Source: Nitrosopumilaceae archaeon (lineage in GTDB: Archaea > Thermoproteota > Nitrososphaeria > Nitrososphaerales > Nitrosopumilaceae). Taken from it: DNA of 64,000 nt. The position numbers were made by a program, and so were the translations under genes. The notes under the pieces are model-generated. The model was not told the DNA's origin. It worked only from the letters and a program-made list of their open reading frames with translations, and made no database searches. Position 1 is the stretch's first letter; the number at the start of each line of letters is the position of its first letter. The stretch lies in assembly GCA_965207375.1 (NCBI GenBank), contig CBDBMG010000003.1:352001-416000 (forward strand), in the 5' to 3' direction. Positions 35,251 to 48,900 of the stretch are shown piece by piece.

Positions 35251-35910
35251 GTGGAGTGTGGCTTCCAGCCAGCTAGAGGTTTTATCATACATTGGCAAGG
35301 GGTCTGACACTCGAGAATTTTTGCATGAGGTTTAGTTTACCAACAGTTCATGATATATTATAACTATTATATTATAAACTCTTGACTTTACCAAATTAGG
35401 CTGTAAATATCACGTGATTATAAATATACGGAGAAAAACAAAAATTTACATTCAGCAGTTGTGTAAGAGATTTGGAGCATTGGGCAGCGAATAGGTATTA
35501 ACTTGATAGGAACGAGAACAATACATAATTAATTTTTATGCCACACACAAAATCATACATAAATAAAACTCACACTCGACGACGATGGCTTAAGCTTCGT
35601 GTAGCGAGTCTTTTGATCTTGTATCTTTGCTACTGACGAAGCTACAAAAGCAAAGGACGCACCAATTCCACCACAGCCATAAGGGCGTCTAAAATTATAT
35701 GTCTAGGCGCTAATGGATGTTATGCGGCTTGCGCGTTTAATCTCGGCGTACATGGACTCGCATGGACCAGAAAACAGCGTTTTACCACGGTAGAAAACTG
35801 ATCTGGAAAGAATTTTCCGAGCTGTTTGTATGATGGAAGGTTTAAAGGTACTATAACTATCCGACACTACTTAAGATATGTGTTTGTTTGGCTGTTATTT
35901 AACTTTCATG

Positions 35911-36766
35911 GGTAGCCACTAATTTGCGGACTGGACTGGACCTGCGGACTGGTCCATCTTGCTGTGAAAACACTAATTTGCGGACCGGACTGGACCAGTG
36001 GACCAGGCAATCAATGGCACGTGGCCATGGGCTATAACAAACGATCTACTACCACTGATACCAACGAACCTGTGCAGTGTCCCCACACGCGCTTGGGCGA
36101 CTCTGAAAATGATACATGGGGCGAATTGTTGTAGCTATAATACTCATGTATGCAGAACTGACTACTAAAAGCCACCGTGACTCCGGCCATTAGAAAAAAA
36201 CATTGTCAATCCTGGTCTAGCACAGAAAGGGCTTACTTATATAGCCTCTGGATATATGCAAGGAGTAGTGTATAACTGACTATATGAAGTTATATATAAA
36301 CTGCATGATTTGATCAACAATGCAAATAAAGGTCACAGCAGAGATAGTCGATCGGCTACTGCTGATGACCGGAGGTCTAGATCTACACATTCAGTGTGCT
36401 GCCAGCACTTACATTGTACACACTTGAACTACAAAATGATAAGAACAAACAATCAGTTAAAACTGCTGTGTTGTTTTAGCACACAAATTAGTCATATTTG
36501 GTACCCTCTTTCTGTTTTTCTCTGTGACATGGTACCAAATATGACTCATCTTTTGTTAAAACAACACAGCAGTTTTAACAGTGGCCAGTAGAGTAAATCA
36601 GCTTACTTTGACAAGGAGCGTTTAGCGCCGTGTACGGCAGTCCGTGTTTTTCGCCAATACTAGTCCGCTAATTAGTCAAACTTGCCTAAACTGCGGACTG
36701 GACTGCGTACAATGCGTTAAAGTATTGGTCCACTGGTCCAGTCCAGTCCGCAAATTAGCGACTACC
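35911..36766. mobile_element. Mutator-like non-autonomous element
   Basis: TIR ggtagccactaatttgcggactggactggacc / ggtccagtccagtccgcaaattagcgactacc; 9-bp TSD actttcatg (35902-35910, 36767-36775). Confidence 0.88.
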
Positions 36767-36878
36767 ACTTTCATGGGAGTTCAGGACAATAGTGCGTATG
36801 CGTTTGACGTCACGCGATTATTCACGTGATAAAGTAGCCATTTTAAAGAGGCAAAAGGAGATAAACAGTTTCGTGAGG

Positions 36879-38726
36879 ATGGTGAATTCATGTTGTGTAA
36901 TTGGATGTTCAAACCGGAAAACTAAGGGAACCAAATTAACTTTCCACTGTATACCAAAGGTATAGTAGTTTTCGTTATTTGAGGACGATTTTTAGATACT
37001 TCTTTTTCACACATTACCTTTTTCTGAACGCTATGCTGAGCGTTGCAATGGAATCTCATTACATAGCGGTGGAAGTTATTTATAATGTTAGGAGTATCAA
37101 ATTACAAGCCTTTGGTTGTGAGAACACGTGTTTGTTTGTACTTGATATAAACATTACATGGTTTTGATACAAGAAAACATGTAACAATACAAAACTTGTA
37201 GTTTGCATAAAACCACACATTAAAAAATGTTTCATTATAGGTAATTAAAGACAAAGGAAAGAAGCTGGAACAATTATCTACCAGAAGAAGGGCAGAGTGG
37301 CTTTCAAAAATTAATAGGAAGAATTGGAGTCCTAGTCCTGGTAGTCGTGTATGTTCAGTCTATTTTGCACATGGACAGCCAGCAGATTTGCTAGATGATA
37401 CCAATCCAGACTGGATACCAAGTGTTTTGATGGGTTATGCTACCAAGGAAGGAGATTTTGATTGTTACCATCGTTGCAAGAAAAGAATGGCACACTCTGA
37501 TGATGATGATAACTCTGTGAAAAGTGTTCGAGTAGATAGTAGTGCTGTAAATAATGTTCCTTTAGACAGTAGCATTCCTGTAGGTAGCAGTACTAGTGTT
37601 CCAGTAGAAAGCAGTATTACAGAAAGTTTAGATGTACCTGAACAAGCTAGCACTTTACAGTTGGAGGAAATTGCCACTGCTGAAAGCACTTTGATGGATT
37701 GTGAGGAAAGTGATTTGTATGTAGAATACCTAGGTCTAGAAGATGAACTTGCCCATCTTAGACTGGATAATCAAAAGTTACGAGATGAGAATATTAAACT
37801 GAGAAGTCAAGTAATTGTTTTTACACCACATTTATTTGAAAATGACAAGAATATCCTACAATTTTACACTGCTTTACCAAATTGAACAATACTTAAGGCT
37901 GTTTTTGATTTGGTACTGCCTTCACTTCCCAAGATGCCGAATAGTAAACTTTCCCCTTTTGAAATTATTGTAATGTTTTTTATGAGAATTAGATTGAATC
38001 TGGTGGAAGAAGATATTGGATATCGTTTTGGTGTACATCAAAGCACAGTGTCGAGGAATTTTTATAAAGTGTTGGATGTAATGGATGTTAAATTATCTCA
38101 TCTAATCAAGTGGCCAGAACGTCAAATTCTGCGAGAAACTTTGCCTATGAGGTTTAGACGTTTTTTCAAAAAGTGCTGTGTCATCATAGATTGTACCGAA
38201 GTGTTTGTGGAACGTCCATCAGATTTAATGGCTCGAGCACAAACCTGGAGTAATTATAAACATCACAACACTGTCAAGTTTCTTTTAGGAATCACCCCAC
38301 AAGGAACAATTTCTTACATCTCTCGATCATCGGGTTGCTGGTGGTCGAATGTCTGATAAACAAATTGTTGAAAGTTCTGACCTTATCAGCAAGTTGCTTC
38401 CTGGAGATGTGGTGATAGCAGACAGGGGGTTTACATGTGATGATTATGCCCACATGGTACTTGCTGAAATAAAAATCCCACCATTTACCAAGGGGAAGAA
38501 ACAACTTGAAAAGATTGAATTAGATTGGAGTAGGGAACTGTCTATGGTACGGATACATGTAGAACGCGTTATAGGTGCACTAAAACAGAAATACACAATA
38601 TTACAAAGTGTTCTGCCTATCACAGTAATTGCTGATAAAGATGATGGAGCTGCCACTATTGACAAAATAGTTAGAGTATGCTGTGCTTTGGTAAATTTAT
38701 CACCATCCGTTGTACCACAGGATTGA
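36879..38726 (+). pseudogene. THAP + HTH_Tnp_4 + DDE_Tnp_4 transposase, disrupted
   Basis: Exon 1 36879-36959 MVNSCCVIGCSN...FHCIPK; exon 2 from 37241 ...EWLSKI...RVCSVYF...NPDWIPS; IIDCTE, WSNYKHHNTVK, ADRGF, RIHVERVIG. Stop at 37883-37885, frameshift near 38325-38345. Confidence 0.88.
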
Positions 38727-38760
38727 GTTAAGATGTTAATTATATTACTATATAATATTA

Positions 38761-41513
38761 TTAGTTCTTATACTTTTTCAGTTTTCTGCATGACGGACAG
38801 TACCATTTTCCTACTGGAGCAGAATGCATCTTTAAACAGTCAAAGTGAAACCACTTAATTTTGCATGTCTTGTGATCACACATGATCATCTTTCCATGGC
38901 TAGGTTCTCCACAGTAACACCATGCTGCCTCTGGGTCTTCCTCACTAGCTTCACTAGCTGTACTTTTACTAGCTGCAGCTTGTTCTAAGTTAGGGATCTG
39001 TACAATACCATCTTCATTAGCAATAGGTTTTCTAGTCAGCCATTTGCCAACTATCTCGGGTAGAACAGAGTATATAAAGAAATTTTCCACTTGGCCCATT
39101 AAATTTTCATAAAAACAACGATCTAGATGGATTCGCTCTATGATCACCTCCTCCTTACTCCACACAACAAAATCTCCATGCTTCATATTGTATACATTCA
39201 GTTGTGCTTGCACCTGATAATAATAGCTGTGCTCCCTAGATAGTCTCCATTTCCCTACAGCAATGCACAATAATAATTATTTATAAAACTATTGTTATTA
39301 ATGTTAAAGAGCATACCTTTTTCATCTTTTTCTAGACAAAATTTTTTATCACTCTCCTCTGGAAGCCTCTCTCTGAAACAATATGGACACTTAACTTCAA
39401 TAGTTCCTTTACCACAACAATCACACATAATAATTGCATCAGGTGATGCCCCAATGTATGGTCTCTCTTGGCTAATAAATAGTCCAGTGTCTTTAATGGA
39501 TACATTGCTGTGTGCGGACATCTTTTCTTTATATGTTTTCAAAGCATCTTTTTCATGCAAACAGCCCCACCTATATACAATATATCATAACATTAATACA
39601 TTAATACAATAATACATTCTTTCATACATGGTACTTTCAGTAGTGAATGCATAAGCCTGAGGGTAACAAATTCGCTTTATCAAACTCGTTGAAGGCATAC
39701 ACGGATTTGTTCTGGCTACTGCTTTGAAATTGGAAGCAATAATTCTTCCTTCATGATGGACCTTCCACAGCTTACATTTAGCCTGCTTCCTTGTAGACTG
39801 CTCCAACAGCATTACTTGCTCCAAGGATATCTGAAAAGTATTTTTAAAAATATTAAAAGATTTAGCAAAATATACAACCTTCAGGTTTCTTGCAATCTCC
39901 TCACATCTGCTAAGAAGGGATAAATAATCTAATTGCAGAGCATCCGGGTCGTACAGTTGAGAAACTGGCTGTGGGAGTGATTCGTTCATACCCATGGGAA
40001 TAAACTGCTTTGAATAAGGAGGTGTTATCTTCAATATGGCAGGTTTAACATCTGATGAATTTAAACAGTCATAAAATTTGACAAGTTCATCTTCTGTGGG
40101 AACATCAATGCAATGTTGTTCTTTAGACTGCTTAACTGCTTTTGATGTAAACACTATATCTTCGATGTTGGCAGGTTCTACCTACAAAACAAACCAAAAT
40201 TTATAAGGACTGATTGATTTTTGTCATACATTTCTGGCTGAAGGTAACCAGCCACAGCTTTGTGATGTGCAGGAAGTTGTCCCAGATTGTTCTTGGTACT
40301 GAGCTGCTCTTATTAAACAAGATATTACTGCAGTAATGTGTGAACATGCTTCTCCCAATCTACATAATATTTAAATCAGTCTTAGTCAGTTAAGTACAAC
40401 CCCACTTACCCTGCCATGCAGGTACAGTGTGCACCAAGAACATTCCCAGATTGATGACAAACCACCCAGGGTATTAGTGGAGTAGCTGATAGACTTTGGG
40501 AATGTTTAACCTCCATAAGGTACATATTATCAATTCAAATCATAACTTATGGACTCACTTTTCCCATCACAAGCCAATGTTTATCATTCTGGTGGGTAAA
40601 AATATAGCATCTGAGGTTATGAATCCATCCAGCTTTGACAAAACTGTCTGACCGTAGCATACCTTTCCAAGCCTATATGTGTAGAGTAAAGCAGAATCTA
40701 TTACTGTATAAGTGGTACATTTGATGGTGATTTTAATTTGGCAGTTTGGTGGATTTGTCTTAAATCGCCAAACTAAAGTCACCGCCAATACTATTTTTTA
40801 GATGGCACTGTGGAAGTATCTTATGGCGATCCTTGGCCAATCCGCCAAACTAAATGTTCGCCAATCTGTGTTTATTATCTAATCGCCAAACTTAATGTCC
40901 GCCAAATGTACCACTTATACGGGGTATGTGCTTAACTGACCCAGTAAGAAGGATATTAATATCTTCCTTATAGCTGTTGTGAGCCTGAAGCAATTGTGGT
41001 GATGTTAAAATGTTGTACTCGTGTACTTGTTTACAACAACATGTTATTATATACAAGCTTACAACATTCCTATTCCATGGCTGGGGATACCCTGCATATC
41101 TTTACTTTAATTAATCATTGGTATAAGCCAACAGATAAATTGAGATAATATATGTGCATGGAATAGCTATACATAATATTATAGCCTAAGTTTAAACAAT
41201 GTCGGACCTAAAACAGCCCAGTATTCAATCACCGGGCTGCCCAAACTATATGCTATACTTTCGAAGTTATAAGCATGCATTGTAGATGAAACCAAACCTT
41301 CATTTCTTCCTTAGTATATACACTGGGGGTAGATATCATGTACAAAAACATGTCACTCCATGCAATTTTGGGGACTGAAGGAGGTTCTTCAACCCATAAA
41401 TCGTTAGGTATCGCGTAGGGATCATCCTTCAGACCAACTTTGGCAAGTTTTTGCTTATACCTTGCTTTTGCCTCAGCAAACAAATCGTCAAAATACTCTG
41501 AAGTTCGCTCCAT
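38761..41513 (-). CDS. ISL2EU accessory gene: SWIM zinc finger + YqaJ/lambda-exonuclease + PHD finger (multi-exon)
   Basis: AHCTCMAG/LGEACSH (SWIM, about 40320-40440); ASNF, GASPDA, IEVKCPY, YYYQVQAQL (YqaJ); WCYC...MIMCD...C.IKWFHFDCL...WYCPSC (PHD); short GT-AG introns. Integrity not fully verified. Confidence 0.82.
40704..40922. mobile_element. Tc1/pogo-like MITE in intron of the YqaJ gene
   Basis: ctgtataagtggtacatttg / caaatgtaccacttatacgg. Confidence 0.8.
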
Positions 41514-41972
41514 CAACACATTCGCTCGATGATTTTGCCTCTGAAACATGGTGGGTAGCAACTATTACTAATTACGTAATATTTATGGTGACGTAATGCA
41601 TATCCTCTATAGGCTGCATTACGAAAATCGAGAATTGCCACGGGGAAAGTATCGTATTCTTTCACTTTTACTTCACCATAATTACTTTAAACAGTTTTAA
41701 AACCCTATTCTTTCCGACAAATGTGCCCATGTTTGATGTTTGGCTGGTTTCTCATTCAACCCTGTACATTTGGGCGTGATTAATTTTTGCGAGTTGACCG
41801 CTCAATCTTGGCAATGTTTTCCACCTTTCTTTTACTCATTACGTATATTATGACTACATAAATGAATGTTACTCATGTGCAGTGTAATGCAGATCATGAT
41901 CAGTCAAACTTATCATAACCTCATGATCACATCTTGATGGTTCTACATCTTACATGTGATGAAATGAATATA

Positions 41973-42462
41973 CCGTAAACAACAAAAGTTCCGCGGTACA
42001 AAACTTTCGCGGTTCACTGGATTTTATCAAAATGTAGGGAAAGCTTTCGCGTTTTTGCTTCAATTATAATACCCGCGTATGTTCGCGTATCAGTGCTCCG
42101 CAATTGTGTTTAAGCGGATCTCGCACGTGAATTAAAATGGCAGGCATTAGTTTAATGACACGTGTGTTCGTGGTTTTCATGTTTATAAAGATGTCTGGAG
42201 ACCAGTTATAGGCGAAGAACTGAGATGTCAGAGAGAGGAAGACAACCCAAGATATCCTTATGCTGTAGCTGTGACTCGGTTAAATTCTTGCCAACTTCCT
42301 GGCCTAATGGACCACAGTGATCCGGCCACGTAGCGCCTCCTTCTTACAAAAGTATTACAAGAAGTGCCATAACCCAAAATTAGTAGGGAAAACTTTCGCG
42401 TTTTATTGAAAATCCGCAAAAAACGTGAAAGTTTTGTACCGTGGAACTTTTGTTGTTTACGG
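41973..42462. mobile_element. Tc1/pogo-like MITE carrying a HIRAN-like coding fragment
   Basis: TA|ccgtaaacaacaaaagttcc...ggaacttttgttgtttacgg|TA; internal + strand VRGFHVYKDVWRPVIGEELRCQREEDNPRYPYAVAV (about 42166-42273). Confidence 0.85.
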
Positions 42463-45400
42463 TATGTAATAAACCACAGCAGGAATTTATTATGAGAAAT
42501 ACTTTTGTGAATTTTTGCTCTCAATCTCAGAAGAAATATTTGCGACGTTTTGAATATTGTATCCATACAAGATATGTACCTAGACTGGCTAGACATTCCA
42601 GATAGCAAAATTTGCAAAATTAAAAGACCCACAATATATACATGTGTCTGAGTGAAAACCACCCTTAGCTTACATCCAATTTTGCCAATTTAAATCATTT
42701 TGAATGTTACACAAAGCTCAATTTTCACTGAAAAGTGATGTTTATTCTACTAACCTCAGTTGTAAATACGTACAAACTCTGTATTTTTTTCCCAGCAGAA
42801 GTTATAATAGTTAGCTATAAGGTTAGCATGAGTATCTTAATGTATTTAAAATACTCTAAGATACGTAGCTATTTGGGGTTCATAAGATACGTACTAGCTA
42901 GCTAGCTAGCTATAGATACTGGATTTTCATAAATATGATTGGCTTTTTGTCAATTGACATTTGGCCACCAGTTTGTATTACCCAAGTGACAAGACAATCA
43001 CACTGTTGTGAAAATACCCTATAAACTATTATACATATACTTTTTTGATAAACAATTACAAATGTTGGCCTTATTTACATAATATCATAGTCATTGGTCA
43101 AATAATCGTGCTTTTGCACCTTTTTACAGCCAGGCTGTTTTAATTTAATTATGACCCAAGAAAATGGGTTTGGTTTGCTATAGCAAACACAAGGGAAAAG
43201 CCCAAAGGTTAACTCTGTGTTCACTTACCCCTCCTCTAAGTTATTTGCCTTTTAATTATAATTTTTAGTTGCATACTTACTATGGTTTCCTATTAGGAAT
43301 ACTCTATTGCTTGCTTGCAACTAACATCTCTTTATATGTACGTAGCTACTTACAAAAAATTAGTGATAGTTATATATGTATATGCTAATTGAAGACATGT
43401 AGAAAAGCAAAGAGGAAATAAGTTAATGTGTCTACACAGCAAGGTTCTATGAGTTCCCAAACCCTATACGTATGTCCTCTAGTCCAGTGTTTTATTTAGC
43501 ATTTAGCTACCCAAATACGTAAATATGCATGCAAACCTTGGTAGATAACATGCTTATACTAATTATAGGGAATTTCATTTGTATAGTGACTGTATGCATG
43601 TATAGTTACAAGGTGTTATTTATACATGAATAAGTTTTGTTTTGCTTGAAGCTTTAGTGACTATATTACTCAATTGATAGTTATAAACTAAATTAAACTT
43701 AATTAAAGTGTTCATTCAGTATACAGATTGCTTGTAGGACTTTGGCATCATTTTTCTATTTATTAGATGTTAGTGAATAGACAAAACATTACTGTTAAGT
43801 GGTAAAGAAGTCTTACATACGTAACTACGTATATAGTTGAAGAGATAGCCAAGTTGTTATGAATTAATATGTAGATTCTTGGAAAAATGTTATTCTTGAG
43901 AATTCTTACTGTATACACCGACAGTTGTAGTTGTTGTTTGGTACATGTATAGCATTAACTGCGCATGCATAATATGTTTAGTTACGTATGTATACATATA
44001 CTGTATTTGAATATATAATTATTGTGCTATACCATGTAGCCAGTACTAAAGTCCGACTACATGGAGCAAGGGTTTTGAATTTAATGAAGGAGTAGGGATA
44101 AACAAAGACACATCTTCTATAGCTCATGTAAGAAAGATACCGTAATACAATTTTAATTGACAGTTTAGAACTGGCTTATTATATACGTAGCTATAACCAT
44201 TGATATGATAAAACTATATTATAATACGTAGATATTTTTTATTAAGATAAAATTCTCTACTTTGTCATGGTGTACCAATATACTTTTAATTAGTGTACCT
44301 TTTGTCCTGTAGCTACACATGTATGTACCCTTAGGTATCAGTCACTATGCATACAGGAAAGCTACAATGATCAATTTATGTATCAATACTAAGCCCAGTT
44401 TTCTCATGCCGGGTCACATATGTAAAATATTCTAGTATGGAGGGTTTTCACAAAGCCAGTCACAATTACTACATATGTAAATATACTATCAATAATTATT
44501 CTTTTATCCATATAGCCATACGTATGTATATATCACACATGATAATTACATATATACACATAATTAAGAATGACATACAACCATATATCATATATGGGAA
44601 TCAGTGGGCTTAAGTTACATTTTCATGTAACAGCCAAATCTTATACCAAATAGCTACTGCAACCATATTATATTACGTATGTATGTGCATATACACAATT
44701 TTGAAATCTCATATGTCACAATTTCTTGAAATGCTATGTACGTATGTACATAGCTACATATGTAAATACTTCATAATAATTATATCAATGTAGTTTAATA
44801 AGTATAGCTACTTAAATTTTATGCAAAAAGTGTTTGCAATCTGAGTTATATATAGCAACTGTTAATCTTCTGTGTAAAAGTGGTTTTATCCTAAAAACTG
44901 TTTGACCTGTAGAGTATAATTGTGACCAAGTCTGCAAAACAGGTCTTATCTGCACAAAAACACCTATTCATTTTATCATGTCTATCTCTTTTTCTGTGTG
45001 GGTTATACAATATCTGTAAGTTTTATTGAATTCCTTAGGAAATTTTGTGTATAGAATTTTTGACTTACCCTGATTTTGCTTTGATTTGCTTATTACAAAT
45101 TTGAGTAATTATTTTAGATGGTGCTTATTGATTTGTTTGTGGGTTAAATAATAATTTCAATGGGAAGCTGTAGCACAGATTGGAAGTTGTATGTAGCTAC
45201 CACATGTAGCTACAAGCCACTGGAAAGTTTTAGCACACTTTGTAAGTTGTAGCAAACTGACCTAATGAATGCTACAAGCTACCTATATGTACGTATATAG
45301 CATACATAACTGGAAGATTTGATCTGAGGAGAGAAAGTTTTTGTATTGGGTTAAAATTTTAAGGCCAAACTTTGTTTACGTACGTACCTTTCTTTTACTC

Positions 45401-45674
45401 AGGATGACTGACTTTTACTAATACATACGTAAATACTGCAGAAATATCAGTCACTAAGCCTGGATAAAACACACAATGTGATGGTTCTACATCTTATACA
45501 CGTGATGATTCTGTATCAATGAGTGATTAATGTGGTTATTATAAAGTTGTTGATACACCCCTGACATAGCTTAGCTAGGTAGATTGATGTTAAAAACATG
45601 TTATTACAGCAAAGTATGTAGCTATGTATACTATTACAGACTAAAATCTAAAGTGTTAATTGTTAACCTTATAT

Positions 45675-45925
45675 GTGATCCGGTCTGACAAAACCATTCT
45701 TATTGCCATAAAAATTTTGAGTTAATTTTGAGTCTTTCAAATTTAATAACTCTTTTTCTGAACACAATATTTTAGCACAAACTTCACCATGTACGTAGCT
45801 AAAATCCTAAGCAATTCAATAAAACTTACAGAATTTGAATAGCACCTACAGAACAACAGATAGATACCATTATATGCATGGGTGTATTTTCGGGCAATAA
45901 GACTGGTTTTGTCAGACCGGGTCAC
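45675..45925. mobile_element. Sola1-like MITE
   Basis: TIR gtgatccggtctgacaaaacca / tggttttgtcagaccgggtcac; ATAT TSD. Confidence 0.82.
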
Positions 45926-48900
45926 ATATATATAACTATATACACATATTATGATATCAATGGTTATACGTATGTAAGTCTCTAAATAAATATTTTCACT
46001 TATGTAGCTACGTATATACAAATCTACTATATCCTATTATTCATCTACTACGTATGTAGCTAGCTATAATACAAAAATTATAACTAAATTATTGCATTTC
46101 AATAGGAATGTATGAGCAATGGGAAGTTGCATGTGCTACAGTGGGCCATTGGGTCACACTTTGGAAGTTGCATATACAAAGCAATACATCAAGCCAAAAT
46201 AAGGATTAACTCCTTGATCCCAGAGTTTATCCTGCGAAGCCAGAATTAATTTTCAAACGATTGTGCATTGTATAGCATATTTTAAACCATCTGCTAGGCC
46301 TTCTGTCAAAGCAAATATTAAGGTAAAACTATATATTATGGAACGAAAGCTGATTCCATGACCAACTCGAAAATCTAAACAAATAGCTATATTCTATGAT
46401 AAAGAACTCACTTGTGATGCGGTGAAATGCAGAGCAGCTTCCTTTACCCTCTAAATTCATTGAACTATAATTTGGCTTCAAAGGGTTTAAAAGACAGTCT
46501 CCAATACAGTTACTGCTCGTGCATGTTATTTATGTATCATACCTATTATGTTATGTAACATTGTAATACTTTGAATTCAAACATAATGCCACAATATTTG
46601 TAATGGTTATGTGTAAGTTACTCAACTATAGGCTTAAGTACATTATGCTTTTAAAATTCCCAATTATTCTTGTTTTATTTTTCACCCATTATTCCCAAAA
46701 TTGTATCAGCCTTTTAGCTAGCTATGTACCTTAAATCTATTGGATTTACTTAACCACATAGCTATGTATATCTTACTTATTAAGGCCACAGCATTACATT
46801 TCTTATCTTAAAAATGTGACAAAAGGTCCCCTTCAGCATAAGATGTTGTCATGGACATGAGAAATCATTGATTGTGGGTTTAAGTTAGGTTGCATCTTTA
46901 AATATTTATGCAGCAGCGTTGTTTTTTCACTTATTATCAGATATAGGTATTTACAGGCATTATCACTTCTATTTTGTTGAGCTCATCGATAAAATTTCAC
47001 AACCATGCACTTTCAAAATGTCAATGATATACGTATGTATGTCTGTGGGCAAAGTGTACTTTGTACAAAAAGTTACCTATTAGCTATGCCAGGATTATGC
47101 TCAATGCTATTGCCATCCTACGTATAGTACGTATTATGCTCAAAATTATGCTGGCATGATTGCTCAATTGTAGATATACACGATCATTTCACTTTTTATG
47201 GTAAGAAATTATGGCATTAAATGTTCATTATAAAATTATATGCAGAAAATAAGTTGTTAAGTGTATTTCTTATAGCAAAACAAAAGTGAAACTGTCTACA
47301 CTATAATTATTAGCTATTTAATTTTATTAGCTTTATGCCTATTAAATGTACATATGTAGCTAAGTCAGTTAATTAAATGTTAGGTACTCATGATAGCTAG
47401 CATTAATTAACCAATCATACATAGCAATTTCCTCAACAACAGTAAGGTTTTCATTACTACACCTATGTACGTAGGAAACTAATCATATTGGAACAGTTCA
47501 TAATCAAGAAATGAGACCACTTGTTAGAATTCTCATATTATAGTCATGTATACATGTATGTATATCTATAATCATAGAAGAATTCTTAGAACAGATATAT
47601 TACTCAGAATAATCTGTACAGTTCATCACAATACTATAGTGACCTGTGAGAAGGCTAATGAATCTGTAGCTAGCTATGTACGTAGCTACAGTAGACATAA
47701 AGCTTGAAAATATTTTTGTTATACGTACCAACCATGCACTGTAGCTAACACTATTGTTAATGTTAAATATCATCATTATCATCATTATCACTTTATTGAT
47801 CAACAATAATGGTCGCAGTGCATATGGCAACCATTATACTGATCAATAAGTGCAGTGTTATCTTATGGGGAACTAAGCTACTAATTGAAAGAATAAAGAA
47901 TTGAAATTATTTTTGGATTACAATTTTGTGATTGATTAATATTATACTTGTATTACACTGTAAATGTCCTAATGTATAATTTCAAAATATGCTCATAAAT
48001 TCGAAAATCCTATAATTCTACATAATAATTTTCATAACATCATGACATATGTATAATTATTAGGTTCAGGCCTATAGCTTGATCGGTATTCACTTTTTAT
48101 GGCAATACCTATTTGTTAAGAAAATTTGATATTAGTATTCTTTTGTATATTATATAAAAGTAGCTACATATGTATAGGCATAGCTACGTACATATGTATA
48201 TGCAAAAATATTGAGTCAGTTGAGGTTGTTAAGTGTGTTTCTTATTTATAATAATTATTTATATTATCTCTATGTCAGTTGAGGAATACTATCCTATCGT
48301 TCATATACTTTACCACAAAAGTTAGCACCTGGTATGGATTGCAGCAATTAATCAGTGGGAAGTTGTAGCACAGATTGTAAGTTATATGTACCACAGGCCA
48401 CTAGCACACCTTGGAAGTTACGTATAGCACACATAATGAGTGCTACATAAGCTAACTTACTAGCTATATGTAGCATAGCTAACTACGTATGTAGCATAAC
48501 TGGAACATTTGATCTGAGGAGTGCATTGCATTATATTAAGCCTTGTCTATTTTTCTTTTACTCATGATGACTTCATAAATGCATGTTACTAATAGATACG
48601 TACTGCAGAAATGTCAGTTACTAAACTTACAATGTAATGGTTCTACATCTTATTCATGTGATATGATGATTCTGTATCAATGAGTGATTAATGTGATCAT
48701 TATAAAGATGTTGATACACCCCTGTAGCTTATACATAGATTGATGTAAAAACATGTTATTACAGCAAAGTATGTAGCTAGCTACGTATATGTATGCTATT
48801 GCAGACTAAAATCTAAAGTGTTATTCCTGTTTATCTACGTACATTGCTAGGTATATTATGAAATCATAATTCATAATCAATCATGTATAGTTGTGTACGT

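Larger units (their letters stand above)
36791..41608. mobile_element. ISL2EU (PIF/Harbinger-related) DNA transposon
   Basis: AT|AGTGCGTATGCGTTTGACGTCAC ... GTGACGTAATGCATATCCTCT|AT: imperfect TIRs, AT TSD; convergent THAP-DDE and YqaJ genes. Confidence 0.8.
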
